From Candidatus Gastranaerophilales bacterium (lineage in GTDB: Bacteria; Cyanobacteriota; Vampirovibrionia; Gastranaerophilales; JAILCC01), in assembly GCA_045598245.1 (NCBI GenBank), contig JAZLLQ010000042.1, forward strand, positions 2,976 through 66,975: a stretch of DNA of 64,000 nt. The letters are read 5' to 3'. This document shows positions 27,871 to 39,090 of this stretch, piece after piece (within the stretch, counting starts at the first letter, position 1; each line of letters opens with the position of its first letter). The notes beneath the pieces were generated by a model. That model saw nothing but the letters and a program-made list of their open reading frames with translations, had not been told where the DNA came from and did no database searches. Both the position numbers and the translations under genes were made by a program.

Positions 27871-27898
27871 AAGGGTTAACGATAAACAGTTAACCCTT
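27871..27898 (-). terminator. Rho-independent terminator downstream of cobO
   Basis: Perfect 10-bp stem aagggttaac / gttaaccctt with an 8-nt loop. On the minus strand it is followed by uuaauuuug. Confidence 0.6.
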
Positions 27899-27933
27899 CT
27901 CTCCCCAATATTTCCCAAACTCTAATAATTATT

Positions 27934-28467
27934 CTAATATTCAATACCTTGACGAGCCATTACACCTATATCGAAATAATGTTTAATCGGCTTCATTTCA
28001 GTAACCAAATGAGCCATTGCTATTATTTCAGGATGCGCTCTACGACCCGTAAGTACGATTTCCAAATTATCGGGACGGTTTAATAATGCCTCTTTAACGT
28101 CAGAAACTTTGATTAAACCCATATCGATACAAATGTTTAATTCGTCCAAAATAATCAATTGGTACTTGCCGCTACTGATAGCTTCTTTTGCAAATTGCCA
28201 ACCGCTCTTGGCTTCTTTATAATCTTCCATACAAATGTTATGAGAATATACAACTCTGTCCATACCGAATTGAACAACTTCTAATGACGGAAGGAGTTTT
28301 GATGTTGCGATTTCACCATAATAATTGTCATCCTGTTTTCCTTTGGTAAACTGAATAACAAGAACATTCCAGCCATGTCCTAATGCTCTAAGTGCCAATC
28401 CCAACGATGCAGTCGTCTTGCCTTTGCCATCACCGGTATAAATTTGTATATATCCATGTTCTAACAC
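27934..28467 (-). CDS. cobO: cob(I)yrinic acid a,c-diamide adenosyltransferase
   Basis: 177 aa with a GTG start after GGAGGG. P-loop region GYIQIYTGDGKGKTTASLGLALRALGHG, typical of the CobA/CobO/BtuR family. Confidence 0.88.
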   Translation of the reverse strand: MLEHGYIQIYTGDGKGKTTASLGLALRALGHGWNVLVIQFTKGKQDDNYYGEIATSKLLPSLEVVQFGMDRVVYSHNICMEDYKEAKSGWQFAKEAISSGKYQLIILDELNICIDMGLIKVSDVKEALLNRPDNLEIVLTGRRAHPEIIAMAHLVTEMKPIKHYFDIGVMARQGIEY

Positions 28468-29004
28468 TTCGTGCCCTCCAAAATCTTATTAATTTGTTAT
28501 GTGATTTTACTGCCAACATTTCATCAAAATAATGATAAAAAATCAAACAAATAAATGTCCACTATCTCCATTAGCCGCTGACTTCCAGCTCATTCATCTT
28601 TTAAATTTGATGTATATTAATAGTAGTACAAACTAACTTTGTTTGGCAAATAAATAAATTAAATTTTACCATTATTTTTACATTGTTTTTTTAACTTTAG
28701 GCTCTAATTCATACCTGCTAACGACTTTCGAGTTTTTGAAAAAGTTTTACAATTATAAGGTAAAATTTTGTAAATAAACTATTGCAATTCCCTTTTCATG
28801 GCATACACACCATTAGTTAAAAAAACACGCAATCTAAGATAAGATTACAAATTTTTAGAAATTTATCCCCCCTTTGTAAATATAATTATACAAAATTTTT
28901 TCATGTTTGTCTTAAATTTTGGCATGAAGTAATACAATTAGAGGATAAAATTTTATAGACTTTTAACCGATTAAAAAATATTACAATTCATTTACCTTTT
29001 AATT

Positions 29005-31821
29005 ATGGATGTTTTTCAATTAAAAATATATATTGCAATTTTATCAACTCTATGTCTTACATTTTTCATTCTTGTGCTGAAAAGGTATTATCTTCATAAA
29101 CAAGAAACTCTGATTTTGAATTTTACAAAGAAATTTGATGATTATACCGATATAAAAAAAATGGCGTTTTTGTTTGTACAAGAAGTAAAAAATCTTCTAA
29201 ATGCAGATTTGGTAGCTGTTATTGAATATTCACAAAATAAAACAGAAATAATAAATTCAATTCCGACACAAAATTCGGATAAAATATCAGCAGCAGCGAA
29301 CGAACTCTACTTGATTTTAAGAAATCTTGAACAAGAAAATATAAAACACATTGAAAACGGTGATATCCAAAGTGAATATTTCAAAAAAATTTTCCCTGTT
29401 TTTAGTTATGAATATTATCATATTTGTCCTATATTTACTGATAATTCGAGAATAATTACACTTGAGATATACGGTGATTCAGGTGTTAATTTTAAATTTA
29501 AAAAAAAAGTGTTGAAGGAATTGATATCAATTTTTAAAAAAATCTTTATTCAGCAAAACAAGTTTCAGAAAAAAATTTTTAAAATTAAAAAAAATGAAGC
29601 AGTTATTAAATTTTTGGATAGAATACGGAATACTCTTGATAAAAATGAACTTGAGCAAATAATTCTAGAAGAAATATGCCATGCATTTCAATGTGACAGA
29701 GCATATTTTATAAGTGCATATAAAAATGACATTCAAAGTCCGGTATTAGGTAAAGAGTATCTGGCTAATCCGTACGTAACATCCTTAAAAGGAAATAATT
29801 TAGACTTCACCTCCGTATGGGAGCAAATGAAAGAGAACAAGACAAATCCGCCTGTATTTGTAATCGAGGATTCGGAAAAATTCTTAAAGCAAAATAATTT
29901 AGCGGACACTCCAATAGGGGAATTTATTAAAAAAAGTCAAATAAAGTCTTCTTATCCGTTTTTGGTGTATGAAGATGATAATATCTTATCATACCTGGTT
30001 TTACAATACACAAAGCAAGTATTCCCATTTGATAAATATGATTTCGAGATAATGGACTTGATGGTAAAACAAACTAAAATTGCTCTCACTCAGGCAAATC
30101 TGCATACTCAACTAATTATAAACAGCAAAAAAGAAAAACTGCTTATTGATTCCATAAGTATTTTAAGAAGCTCTCTTGATATAAAAAATGTTTCAAATGA
30201 GTTTGTTGGGAAAGTAGGTATATTTTTTAATGCAGACAGATGTTCGATAAGATTTTACGATTCGAAATCAAAAAAATTTTCAGGATATGACGAAGCGTTT
30301 GAATATAAAAAACATTACTACACTGCAAGTGCAAAGAATGTAGACTTACAAAATGAGTCTAACGATTTCTTGATGCAAAATGAAAAATTTCATGATGCAT
30401 TCATGATACAGTACGAAACCGATTTACATAATGAAAATTTTGAATACAGAGAAAACCTGAAAGAATACGCCGATAAACATAAAATCAAATCATATTTGGC
30501 ATCTTATATAAGATATAACGGAAAACTATTGGGTTTATTGTCCTTGCATTTTAAAGAAAAACGCTCTCTTAATGAAAGTGATGAAAGTTTTATAAAAGCG
30601 TTGGCTGATCAGGTTGGTATAGCTATTTATCAGTCAGAACTATATTCAAATATTCAAAGTAGTGCAAAAAAAGAAAAATTGTTAAAAGAAGTTTATGCAG
30701 ATACAATAAGCCTTCAAAACAAAAAAGAAATTTACACTTACTTTTCCGAAAAAATAACAGGACTTTTTGGTTGTGCGGGATGTGTTTTTATAGATTTTCC
30801 AATTAGTACAACTGATAAAATTGAATACTTTGAAAATTACAAAACACAAAATATAAATCTTTCTAAATTTAAAAATTACAGTTTTATTAATGAATTGGTA
30901 AATAAAAAAATACTTAATTATAATTGCAACTTAAAAAATGAAAATGAAGAATTTAATGAATTTTTGAAAGATACAGGGTTAATATGCATCGCAACAATAC
31001 CAATTTCGGATAACTCACTGATGATTTTGTTTTTTAATAATAAGAAAGAATTTTCATCATTTGATAAAAATATTTTATTTGCACTAATAGATGTAATAGC
31101 AAGATGCATTAAGGACAGTCTTAAAAATGCAGAAATAAAAAGTTTAAAAGAAGGCTTTTTATCAACACTTACTCACGACTTACAAATTCCTCTTATTGCT
31201 GAGAGAAATGCTATAAATTATTTAATAAATAAAAATGAGCTATGTAATGACAAGTCAGTAAAAGAAATTTTAAAAGAGCTTAAAGAAACTAATAGTCAAA
31301 CTGAAGATATGCTGAAAGTTTTAACATCAGTTTATAAATATGAAGCAAATAAGAAAATTTTAAATCGAGAAGATTGTAATATCTTAACCATAATAGATGA
31401 AAGTTTATCAAGAATGCCAAAAAAGTTTTTTGACAAAAACATTTCTCTGAAAAAAGAAGTAAATACCGAAAACTTACATTTTTTTGCAGATTATAACGAA
31501 ATAATAAAAGTCGTAGTTATTATACTTACGAATTTAAGTGACAGTTCTGAAAAAGAGAGTGAAATAAATGTAAATATATCTGATGACGGAAAATTTTTAA
31601 AATGCTGTTTTTCCGGATATGGAGATACTCAGGAATATAATCTTAACAGCAGAATTTTTCCAAGAGATATGACAACTAACTCTCTTGAACACAGAATAGG
31701 TGAAGGAATTTATCTTTATCTTGCAAAATTAATTATAAGCAAGCATAGCGGTAAGATATACATAAACAATAAATCTGACGGCGGAAAAATATTTTGTATA
31801 GAACTGGAAAAAATAGTTTAA
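29005..31821 (+). CDS. multi-GAF sensor histidine kinase (divergent ATPase domain)
   Basis: 938 aa. An N-terminal TM helix, several GAF-like segments, the H-box FLSTLTHDLQIPL, and a C-terminal HATPase-like region (ILTNLSDSS, SGYGDT, IGEGIYLYLAKLII). No adjacent response regulator. Confidence 0.75.
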   Translation: MDVFQLKIYIAILSTLCLTFFILVLKRYYLHKQETLILNFTKKFDDYTDIKKMAFLFVQEVKNLLNADLVAVIEYSQNKTEIINSIPTQNSDKISAAANELYLILRNLEQENIKHIENGDIQSEYFKKIFPVFSYEYYHICPIFTDNSRIITLEIYGDSGVNFKFKKKVLKELISIFKKIFIQQNKFQKKIFKIKKNEAVIKFLDRIRNTLDKNELEQIILEEICHAFQCDRAYFISAYKNDIQSPVLGKEYLANPYVTSLKGNNLDFTSVWEQMKENKTNPPVFVIEDSEKFLKQNNLADTPIGEFIKKSQIKSSYPFLVYEDDNILSYLVLQYTKQVFPFDKYDFEIMDLMVKQTKIALTQANLHTQLIINSKKEKLLIDSISILRSSLDIKNVSNEFVGKVGIFFNADRCSIRFYDSKSKKFSGYDEAFEYKKHYYTASAKNVDLQNESNDFLMQNEKFHDAFMIQYETDLHNENFEYRENLKEYADKHKIKSYLASYIRYNGKLLGLLSLHFKEKRSLNESDESFIKALADQVGIAIYQSELYSNIQSSAKKEKLLKEVYADTISLQNKKEIYTYFSEKITGLFGCAGCVFIDFPISTTDKIEYFENYKTQNINLSKFKNYSFINELVNKKILNYNCNLKNENEEFNEFLKDTGLICIATIPISDNSLMILFFNNKKEFSSFDKNILFALIDVIARCIKDSLKNAEIKSLKEGFLSTLTHDLQIPLIAERNAINYLINKNELCNDKSVKEILKELKETNSQTEDMLKVLTSVYKYEANKKILNREDCNILTIIDESLSRMPKKFFDKNISLKKEVNTENLHFFADYNEIIKVVVIILTNLSDSSEKESEINVNISDDGKFLKCCFSGYGDTQEYNLNSRIFPRDMTTNSLEHRIGEGIYLYLAKLIISKHSGKIYINNKSDGGKIFCIELEKIV

Positions 31822-32006
31822 ACAAATGTCTGGTTATGAATTATGATTACACTAAAAGATGTGAGGATAAAGTAATTGATAGTAAAAATGACGAAGGTTT
31901 TTTACACTTTTATTACTCTTGTAATATAAAATATATACGCAGTAGGCAATAAATATTTGCAAAATGTTTTTATTCATATAAGAGAGAAAAAAAGAGAGAA
32001 TTTGGC

Positions 32007-32525
32007 ATGCAAGATACGAGTTTTACAAATAGTGTATCATCCGGTAATTCCAACATATCCGCACAAAACGGACAGGTTAATTCCGGTGCTGTTGATGCAC
32101 AAAGTTCTCAACCTCAAAGTACAAGTATTTTTAGTAAAAATGCAGGCAGTAATAATGTAAATCAATCAAACAGTAATTCTCAAGGTACCGGCGGTGTTGG
32201 TAATATATTTTCAGGCGGTGGTTTTACTCCGTCATTTACTGATACATCAAGCATTTTCTCAGGCATGAATAGAGGTCATCATTATGCACTTTATTCAAAT
32301 AAAGATTATTCTTACGATGTTCCCAAGCTGACACAAGAAGACATCGCTGCTCAAAAAGCACCTGAAGGAGAAAAAAGAACCAACCCTAAAGCGTACAATA
32401 TTGATATGACACCGAAAGAAAACCCATACGCTGCTTTCAGAAACCCTGAAATGCAGGAACACTCACTAAAAGATACAATTTCTAACGCTTTTTCAGGAAT
32501 ATTTAACCAAAAGAAAGCGGACTAA
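32007..32525 (+). CDS. low-complexity S/N/G/Q-rich hypothetical protein
   Basis: 172 aa. RBS-like GAGAGA upstream. Repeated IFS(G/K) motifs. No family. Confidence 0.45.
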   Translation: MQDTSFTNSVSSGNSNISAQNGQVNSGAVDAQSSQPQSTSIFSKNAGSNNVNQSNSNSQGTGGVGNIFSGGGFTPSFTDTSSIFSGMNRGHHYALYSNKDYSYDVPKLTQEDIAAQKAPEGEKRTNPKAYNIDMTPKENPYAAFRNPEMQEHSLKDTISNAFSGIFNQKKAD

Positions 32526-32540
32526 TAAGTTTTTAAATAA

Positions 32541-32571
32541 AAAACGGCTTTGGTAAAACCAAAACCGTTTT
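32541..32571. terminator. bidirectional terminator between 32007..32525 (+) and fusA (-)
   Basis: aaaacggctttggt-aaa-accaaaaccgtttt (one mismatch), flanked by A and T tracts. Confidence 0.6.
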
Positions 32572-32602
32572 TTATTATTCTAAAGTTAAATTACTGTTAA
32601 AT

Positions 32603-34687
32603 CTATGCGTTTGCACCTGATTTTGCAATAATTTCTTCTTTAATATTATTAGGAACTTGTTCGTAGTTAGAAAATTCCATTGAGAAAGTACCGCGACCTT
32701 GTGTATTAGAACGCAAATCAGTAGCATAACCGAACATATTTGCAAGAGGCACTAAACCTCTGACAATTACGTTACCTGTATTGCCTAAAGGTTCTTGACC
32801 TTCTACACGACCACGGCGTCTTGAAATATCACCAATGATAGTACCTGTAAATTCATCAGGAATTTCAATTTCGACTTTCATCATAGGTTCTAAGATGCAA
32901 GGATTAGCTTTCTTACAACCTTCTTTAACTGCCATAGAACCGGCAATTTTAAATGCCATTTCTGAAGAGTCGACTTCGTGATAGCTTCCGTCATAAAGTT
33001 CAACCTTAACGTCAATCATCGGATATCCTGCTAAGATACCGCTTTCAAGAGCTTCTTCCATACCTTTTCTTGCAGGTTCGATATATTCTTTAGGAATAGC
33101 ACCACCGACAATTTTGTTTTCAAATACGAAGCCTTCACCTTCACCTGCAGGAGAAATTCTGACTTTACAATGACCATATTGACCTTTACCGCCTGATTGA
33201 CGGATGAATTTAGAGTCTTGATCAGCATTTCCGAGAATTGTTTCTCTATATGCAACTTGAGGTTTACCAACATTAGCTTGAACTTTAAATTCTCTTAAAA
33301 GTCTGTCTACGATGATATCCAAGTGAAGTTCACCCATACCTGAAATAATTGTTTGACCTGTTTCTTCATCAGATTTAACTCTGAATGACGGATCTTCTTC
33401 AGCAAGTTTTTGAAGAGCAAGACCCATTTTATCTTGGTCAGCTTTTGTTTTAGGTTCAATGGCAACTGAGATAACAGGTTCAGGGAATTCCATTTTCTCT
33501 AAGATAATAGGTGCATTTTCATCACAAAGTGTATCACCTGTTGTCGTATCTTTTAAACCAACAGCTGCACAAATATCACCGGCGTTAACTTCCTGTATTT
33601 CAATTCTTTGGTCAGCATACATTTGAACTAAACGAGAAATACGTTCTTTCTTCCCGTTAGTAGCATTTAAAACATAAGAACCAGAAGTTAATTTACCTGA
33701 ATATACTCGCAAGAAAGTTAAACGACCTACAAACGGGTCAGTCATAACTTTGAATGCCAAAGCTGAGAATGGTTCGTCATCGGATGAATGTCTTTCAACA
33801 ACAGTACCGTCTTCCAATTCACCTTCAATAGCTTTTACATCAACAGGTGAAGGTAAATAATCAACAACAGCGTCTAGCAATAACTGAACACCTTTGTTTT
33901 TAAATGCTGTACCGCATGTAACAGGAACGATTTGGTTATTGCAAACAGCTTTTCTTAATGCAGCTTTTAATTCAGGAATAGTTGGTTCTTCACCTTCCAA
34001 GAATTTCATCATTAAATCATCATCTGTTTCAGATATTTTTTCAATCATTTCTGCTCTGTATTGTTTAGCTTTTTCAACTAAATCAGCAGGAATATCTTCA
34101 GTTTTTATATCTGTACCTAAATCATTTGTATAAATTTCAGCTTTCATTTCCATCAAGTCTACAAGACCTGTGAAATTATCTTCAACACCTATAGGTAATT
34201 GAATAGGAACTGCATTTGCACCTAATCTGTTTTTGATTTGGTCAACAACTCTGTAGAAGTCTGCACCTGTTCTGTCCATCTTGTTAACAAATACCATACG
34301 AGGTACTTCGTAACGGTTAGCTTGACGCCATACGGTTTCTGATTGTGACTGAACACCGCCAACAGCACAGAATACAGCTACAACACCGTCTAATACACGG
34401 AGTGAACGTTCAACTTCAATTGTGAAGTCAACGTGCCCCGGGGTGTCAATAATATTTACCTGATGACCTTTCCATTGAGCAGTAACGGCTGCTGACTGGA
34501 TAGTGATACCACGTTCTTTTTCTTGTTCCATAAAGTCGGTAACAGCTGCACCATCGTGAGTTTCACCGATTTTGTGTGTCTTACCTGTGTAGAACAAAAT
34601 ACGTTCGGTAGTTGTCGTTTTACCCGCATCAATATGGGCAGCAATACCGAAGTTTCTAATTTTTTCTAAAGGGACTTGTCTTGCCAT
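32603..34687 (-). CDS. fusA: translation elongation factor G
   Basis: The ORF track gives 716 aa. The conserved start is [25 protein letters not shown] at 34687 (694 aa), preceded by [14 protein letters not shown] and NKMD motifs. It is not embedded in an rpsL-rpsG-tuf operon. Confidence 0.95.
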   Translation of the reverse strand: MARQVPLEKIRNFGIAAHIDAGKTTTTERILFYTGKTHKIGETHDGAAVTDFMEQEKERGITIQSAAVTAQWKGHQVNIIDTPGHVDFTIEVERSLRVLDGVVAVFCAVGGVQSQSETVWRQANRYEVPRMVFVNKMDRTGADFYRVVDQIKNRLGANAVPIQLPIGVEDNFTGLVDLMEMKAEIYTNDLGTDIKTEDIPADLVEKAKQYRAEMIEKISETDDDLMMKFLEGEEPTIPELKAALRKAVCNNQIVPVTCGTAFKNKGVQLLLDAVVDYLPSPVDVKAIEGELEDGTVVERHSSDDEPFSALAFKVMTDPFVGRLTFLRVYSGKLTSGSYVLNATNGKKERISRLVQMYADQRIEIQEVNAGDICAAVGLKDTTTGDTLCDENAPIILEKMEFPEPVISVAIEPKTKADQDKMGLALQKLAEEDPSFRVKSDEETGQTIISGMGELHLDIIVDRLLREFKVQANVGKPQVAYRETILGNADQDSKFIRQSGGKGQYGHCKVRISPAGEGEGFVFENKIVGGAIPKEYIEPARKGMEEALESGILAGYPMIDVKVELYDGSYHEVDSSEMAFKIAGSMAVKEGCKKANPCILEPMMKVEIEIPDEFTGTIIGDISRRRGRVEGQEPLGNTGNVIVRGLVPLANMFGYATDLRSNTQGRGTFSMEFSNYEQVPNNIKEEIIAKSGANA

Positions 34688-34877
34688 TTTTTCCTCTTTT
34701 TCTTTTCTCTTTAAATTAATAATAACTAACATGAAATATTGTAATATAAACATGTTAAATTTGGTAATTTTATCTTAAATAAAGTTTATAGAATATTTTG
34801 AGTAGTTTATTTTCGCAATTATATACGCACATAGCACTTTCTTACTGATTTTTTTGAGTTTTTCTTTGCTAAAATAA

Positions 34878-34902
34878 AACACCCCGCTTTTAGCGAGGTG
34901 TT
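34878..34902 (-). terminator. terminator downstream of the GH57 gene
   Basis: aacaccccgc-tttta-gcgaggtgtt (one mismatch). On the minus strand it is followed by uuuauuuu. Confidence 0.5.
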
Positions 34903-34923
34903 TTGAATAATTTTGAAATTTGA

Positions 34924-36642
34924 TTATTGATATAATGGAGCTAATTTTGCTTCTTGTTGAGGAATTTTCCCTTCTTCAATAGGAAGATAAATTCTGTAAT
35001 CAATTTCAGAGAAGCAGTTATCAACAGACTCAATTTCTTTTAATTTATTATCATCAATATGGTTTGCATCAATCATATCTGCAATTGCTTCAAATCTTGC
35101 AACGTGTTCTTTGAATCTGTCTTTTGCATAATCACGAGCTTGCCATGTTGTGATTAAGAACGGCCAATCGCTGCTTTGCAGCAATAAGTTTTCCCTTGCC
35201 AACTGATTTAAAGCTCTCAATAGTAATTTATCCTGAGGTTGCTTTTCGTATCTACCTACAATTTCGGTAATACGTTTTTCGCAAGCATGGATAATAGGCC
35301 ATATCCATTCAACCTGAGGATTTTGCCATACCCAATAATGTCCGCCTTGTCCCCAAGAGCTTTCAGGAATAGAGATAGCTTTTTTCGGCGGGTATTTATC
35401 CAAATATTCCGCAGCTGTCATTCTTTCTACTTCGGGAGTGTAAGTTGCGAATTTTTTAATGACTTGCTTAATAAATTCAACACCTTCAAACCACCAGTGT
35501 CCGAACAACTCTGTATCAAATGATACCATTACCAAACCATTTTCACCTGCAGCATTTTTGTAATCATTCAATAAATGATAAATCAATGTTGTATAGTGAT
35601 CGGAGTTTTCGTTAACTTTTGACATAGCCAATACTGGATCGTAAAGCATTTTGTCACCTAAATCCGTAGTTGAACTTGTAACTCTCCAATATTGCATGCC
35701 TGAGTTTGCGTCTTTTCTGTGAAATTCTCTAAAGCATCCGTCACCGGGGTATCCGTCAGCAGCAGACCATACCTGATAACCTGCTCTGTCGTTTCTTCCC
35801 ATAACAGCAACTTGTGCATCGGGAAGCCAGTATGCTTCATAAGTTGAGCAACCTGTTGCAGCTCTTGCCGGCAACGGAATATATTCAATATTACCGTAAA
35901 CACCGATTACACGTCTGTTACCTACCGAAACACCGCCTTCAATAACGTGAGATTCTGTAAAGAAGTATTCAATATCGTTATTTTGTAAAGTAACTTCAAT
36001 AGCACTTCTCCATTGTTCGTTACCGTTCTTATCCTGATATTTGTATGCCGGTCTGTAAGCACATTCAGGCAACCAGCATCCTCTCGCTTTTTTGCCAAAA
36101 AGTCTTTTTGTTGTATCTGAACCGACTTTAAACTGTGCATTCAGGTTATTATCGGTAGCTAACAACGGTGAAAAGCCGTGTGTTGCACCTGATGTAGTAA
36201 TTTCAATGCACCCGAGTTTTTGATATTTTGCAAAGTTACCGATTAAGTCTTTGTTGTATTTGTTAACAAAACTGTCTTTAATGTTTGTAAACCAATCAAA
36301 GTAGTATTTTGCGAGATATTTTAAGTGTTGTGAATGAGGTACTTCAGGATCGGGGTATCTTTCCAAGTCCTTTGCTACCTTTTCTATTCTACTGTCTAAG
36401 TATGCTATGAAACCTTGTTTTAAGTGTTCGTCATTTAACTGTTCCGCCAAAATAGGGGTAATACCTACTGTTAATTTTGCCTTGATACCTTCTTCGTATA
36501 ATTCACTAATAGCATTCAATAATGGTACGTACGTTTCTGCCATGCACTCATAGAGGTTTTCTTCACCAAATGGCCACATTCCTGCCTTTCTGTAAAACGG
36601 GAGGTGACTGTGGAGCATAAATACAAATGAACCGATTGACAT
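34924..36642 (-). CDS. glycoside hydrolase family 57 alpha-glucan enzyme (branching-enzyme type)
   Basis: 572 aa from MSIGSF (track: 577 aa from 36657). The N-terminal FVFMLHSHLPFYRKAGMWPFGEENLYECMAETYVPLL and the later FDTELFGHWWFEG are typical of GH57. Confidence 0.85.
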   Translation of the reverse strand: MSIGSFVFMLHSHLPFYRKAGMWPFGEENLYECMAETYVPLLNAISELYEEGIKAKLTVGITPILAEQLNDEHLKQGFIAYLDSRIEKVAKDLERYPDPEVPHSQHLKYLAKYYFDWFTNIKDSFVNKYNKDLIGNFAKYQKLGCIEITTSGATHGFSPLLATDNNLNAQFKVGSDTTKRLFGKKARGCWLPECAYRPAYKYQDKNGNEQWRSAIEVTLQNNDIEYFFTESHVIEGGVSVGNRRVIGVYGNIEYIPLPARAATGCSTYEAYWLPDAQVAVMGRNDRAGYQVWSAADGYPGDGCFREFHRKDANSGMQYWRVTSSTTDLGDKMLYDPVLAMSKVNENSDHYTTLIYHLLNDYKNAAGENGLVMVSFDTELFGHWWFEGVEFIKQVIKKFATYTPEVERMTAAEYLDKYPPKKAISIPESSWGQGGHYWVWQNPQVEWIWPIIHACEKRITEIVGRYEKQPQDKLLLRALNQLARENLLLQSSDWPFLITTWQARDYAKDRFKEHVARFEAIADMIDANHIDDNKLKEIESVDNCFSEIDYRIYLPIEEGKIPQQEAKLAPLYQ

Positions 36643-36776
36643 TAAATTGTCCTCCATAAAATAATTAAACCTAAATTTATATAAAAAATAATTTTCCTTT
36701 AAAACTATGCTAACACAAACATATTATTTTGCATATCCATAGAGTGCGAATATTGTTAGCAAAAATTTACAAAAGA

Positions 36777-36809
36777 AAAAGAGAGAAGGTTTAAAACATT
36801 CTCTCTTTT
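36777..36809 (-). terminator. terminator downstream of rubrerythrin
   Basis: Stem aaagagagaa / ttctctcttt with an 11-nt loop and T-rich tails on both strands. Confidence 0.55.
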
Positions 36810-36828
36810 TTAAATGGAATATTAAAGC

Positions 36829-37368
36829 CTATGAAAAATAGCGTTTTAAAAGACCGTCAAAACCACATCCGTGGCGAGCTTCGTCTTTTGCCATTTCATG
36901 AACTGTATCATGAATTGCATCGTATCCTAATTCTTTTGCACGTTTTGCAATAGCCAGTTTGCCCTCGCATGCACCATGCTCTGCATCTGCACGAAGTTCA
37001 AGATTTTTCTTTGTTGAAGAAGTAACAACTTCACCTAAAAGTTCAGCAAATTTAGCAGCATGTTCAGCTTCTTCAAATGCATATCTTTTGTATGCTTCAG
37101 CAATTTCAGGGTATCCTTCTCTTTCGGCAACTCTTGACATTGCAAGATACATACCGACTTCAGTACATTCACCATTGAAATTAGCTCTCAAGCCTTCCAT
37201 AATTTCAGCATCTTCAACTTTTCCATCGCCTACACCGTGTTCGCAAGCATAGACCTTGTTTCCTGCTTCAACTACAGAAAATGTTGTTGCTCCGCATAAA
37301 GGACATTTGTCCGGTTGTGTTGCACTTTCAGTAGACCAACCACAAACTTTGCATACGAATTTTGTCAT
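36829..37368 (-). CDS. reverse rubrerythrin (N-terminal rubredoxin-like domain plus diiron four-helix bundle)
   Basis: 179 aa. N-terminal CKVCG...CPLCG. ExxH diiron motifs EEAEHAAKF and DEARH. Confidence 0.9.
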   Translation of the reverse strand: MTKFVCKVCGWSTESATQPDKCPLCGATTFSVVEAGNKVYACEHGVGDGKVEDAEIMEGLRANFNGECTEVGMYLAMSRVAEREGYPEIAEAYKRYAFEEAEHAAKFAELLGEVVTSSTKKNLELRADAEHGACEGKLAIAKRAKELGYDAIHDTVHEMAKDEARHGCGFDGLLKRYFS

Positions 37369-37568
37369 TTTAAAACCTTCTTTCTTCTTACTCTATTCTA
37401 AATAACACTATTCAGCACCATTGTCCTACTACAAAGAATAAAGTCAAGTGTAAGAAAAGTTGAGTTGATATTTTCTAAATCTATATACGGTTTTGCATGA
37501 ATACAAATTGTATTATTCCTCTTTTAAAATGAAAATGTTTGTGTTATTATGTATTTGATTGAAAAATC

Positions 37569-37659
37569 GGAAGATTGGTGCGGCAAAAGTCGGCGAACCA
37601 TGTCAGGACGGGAACGTAGCAGCATTAAGCATTAAACTTTTGGGTGTGCCGGTCTTTCT
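37569..37659 (+). ncRNA. ffs: signal recognition particle RNA (small 4.5S type)
   Basis: ACCAUGUCAGGACGGGAACGUAGCAGC...GGGUGUGCCGG matches the conserved domain IV of 4.5S RNA (ACCAGGUCAGGUCCGGAAGGAAGCAGC...GUGUGCCGG). A closing helix, AAGAUUGGUGCG / UGUGCCGGUCUU (with G-U pairs), is followed by a T tract. Confidence 0.75.
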
Positions 37660-37675
37660 TTTTTAAGAGGGTTTT

Positions 37676-38083
37676 ATGAAGCATCATTACGAAGTGAAAG
37701 TTTACCATGCAGATACCGATTGCTACGGTATAGTTTGGCATGGAAGTTATTTAAGATTTTGCGAGCAGGCAAGATGCGAATTTGCGACATCGGCAAATTG
37801 TTCAATGAAAGAGCTTGAAGCAAGCGGGGCATGTACTCCGTTAATTGAAGCCAACTTAAAATATAAAATGCCCGCTAAAGTTCACGATATTCTTGATATA
37901 GAAACTTCAATATTGAAACTTTCTCCGATAAGAGCAACAATGTTGCAGAAAATAACAAATAAAACAACCGGCGAAGATGTATGCGAAGTAACCGTAACTT
38001 TTGTATGCACTGACAAAGCCGGAAATTTAATGCGCAGAATGCCAAAAGAATTATTTGATGTTTTGAATAAATTAAAAGATTAA
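37676..38083 (+). CDS. acyl-CoA thioesterase, 4HBT/YbgC hotdog family
   Basis: 135 aa. VYHADTDCYGIVWHGSYLRFCEQAR carries the catalytic Asp motif of YbgC-type thioesterases. Confidence 0.75.
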   Translation: MKHHYEVKVYHADTDCYGIVWHGSYLRFCEQARCEFATSANCSMKELEASGACTPLIEANLKYKMPAKVHDILDIETSILKLSPIRATMLQKITNKTTGEDVCEVTVTFVCTDKAGNLMRRMPKELFDVLNKLKD

Positions 38084-38982
38084 AATGCGGTTGCAATATC
38101 TTTTTTTATTTGTTCTTTGAGTTTATCGATATTTTGAAACTTAATTTCACTTCTTATATGATTTAAAAATTCAAAAGATATTTCCATCTCATATATATTT
38201 TTTGAAAAATTTAAAATGTGAATTTCCGCAATAGGTATCGTCAAATCACCAAAAGTTGGTCGCAAGCCGATATTTGCAACAGCTTTATATGAATTTTTTT
38301 CAATTCTTGCTATACCTGAATAAACACCAAATTCAGGAATGATTTTTTTATCGGGAAACATCAGATTTGCGGTAGGAAAATCAATAAGTCTGCCTCTTTG
38401 TTTACCCTTAATAACCTTATTTTTTATTGAATACGGTTTACCCAATAAACTATGTGCCTTAGCAACCTCTCCATTTTTTATGGAGTTGCGAATAAGAGTA
38501 GAACTTGTAACCTCATTTTTTTGCTTTACGGGTGAGCTTACACTCAAAATAAAATTAAACTCTTTTGATTTTTTTTCAAGAAAATCAATGTCCCCGCTTT
38601 GATTTGCACCGAATTTGTGATTATAACCGATACTTATTGACTTGGGATTTAATTTTGAAATTATTTTACTAAAATATTCATCTGCAGACAACGAGGCGAT
38701 TTCAGAAGTAAAATCTGCCATAATAACATTATCAAAGCCCATTTCTTTAAACAAATTTATACGTTCTTCCGCTGTTGTAATAAATTCGGGAACGACATCA
38801 TAGAGGACTTCGACAGGATGATTTTTAAAAGTTAAAACAGTACTTTCCGTTCCGAGTTTTTTTGAAAAAGCAATTGTATCGAGCAAAACTTTTTGATGTC
38901 CCTTATGGATGCCGTCAAAAAATCCTAATGCCAAACTGCTGTTTTTTAACTTTACTAAAATATCATCAGTAACAAAAGTCAT
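38080..38982 (-). CDS. ribF: bifunctional riboflavin kinase / FMN adenylyltransferase
   Basis: 300 aa. GFFDGIHKGHQKVL (FAD synthetase motif) and GKQRGRLIDFPTANL (riboflavin kinase motif). Confidence 0.9.
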   Translation of the reverse strand: MTFVTDDILVKLKNSSLALGFFDGIHKGHQKVLLDTIAFSKKLGTESTVLTFKNHPVEVLYDVVPEFITTAEERINLFKEMGFDNVIMADFTSEIASLSADEYFSKIISKLNPKSISIGYNHKFGANQSGDIDFLEKKSKEFNFILSVSSPVKQKNEVTSSTLIRNSIKNGEVAKAHSLLGKPYSIKNKVIKGKQRGRLIDFPTANLMFPDKKIIPEFGVYSGIARIEKNSYKAVANIGLRPTFGDLTIPIAEIHILNFSKNIYEMEISFEFLNHIRSEIKFQNIDKLKEQIKKDIATAF

Positions 38983-39090
38983 TATCTAAAGTCCTTTCAA
39001 CTATAAATTTTAATACAAAGAAAAATTTACATATACCATTAAATCTCAATTTATGATAAAGTATAATAAACTTTCAGGGTGGAGGACAAA

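Noticed and set aside
28468-28700. Cobalamin riboswitch upstream of cobO (long 537-nt intergenic region)
   Set aside because: Reading the minus strand, I could not find the B12 box (GCCACUG context) or the conserved GGUGAAA/GGGAA elements. Only a weak agtggac is present.
34688-34753. 22-codon N-terminal extension of fusA in the track ([22 protein letters not shown])
   Set aside because: The conserved EF-G N-terminus begins at MARQVPLEK (34687) with an RBS just upstream. The extension is AT-rich promoter sequence.
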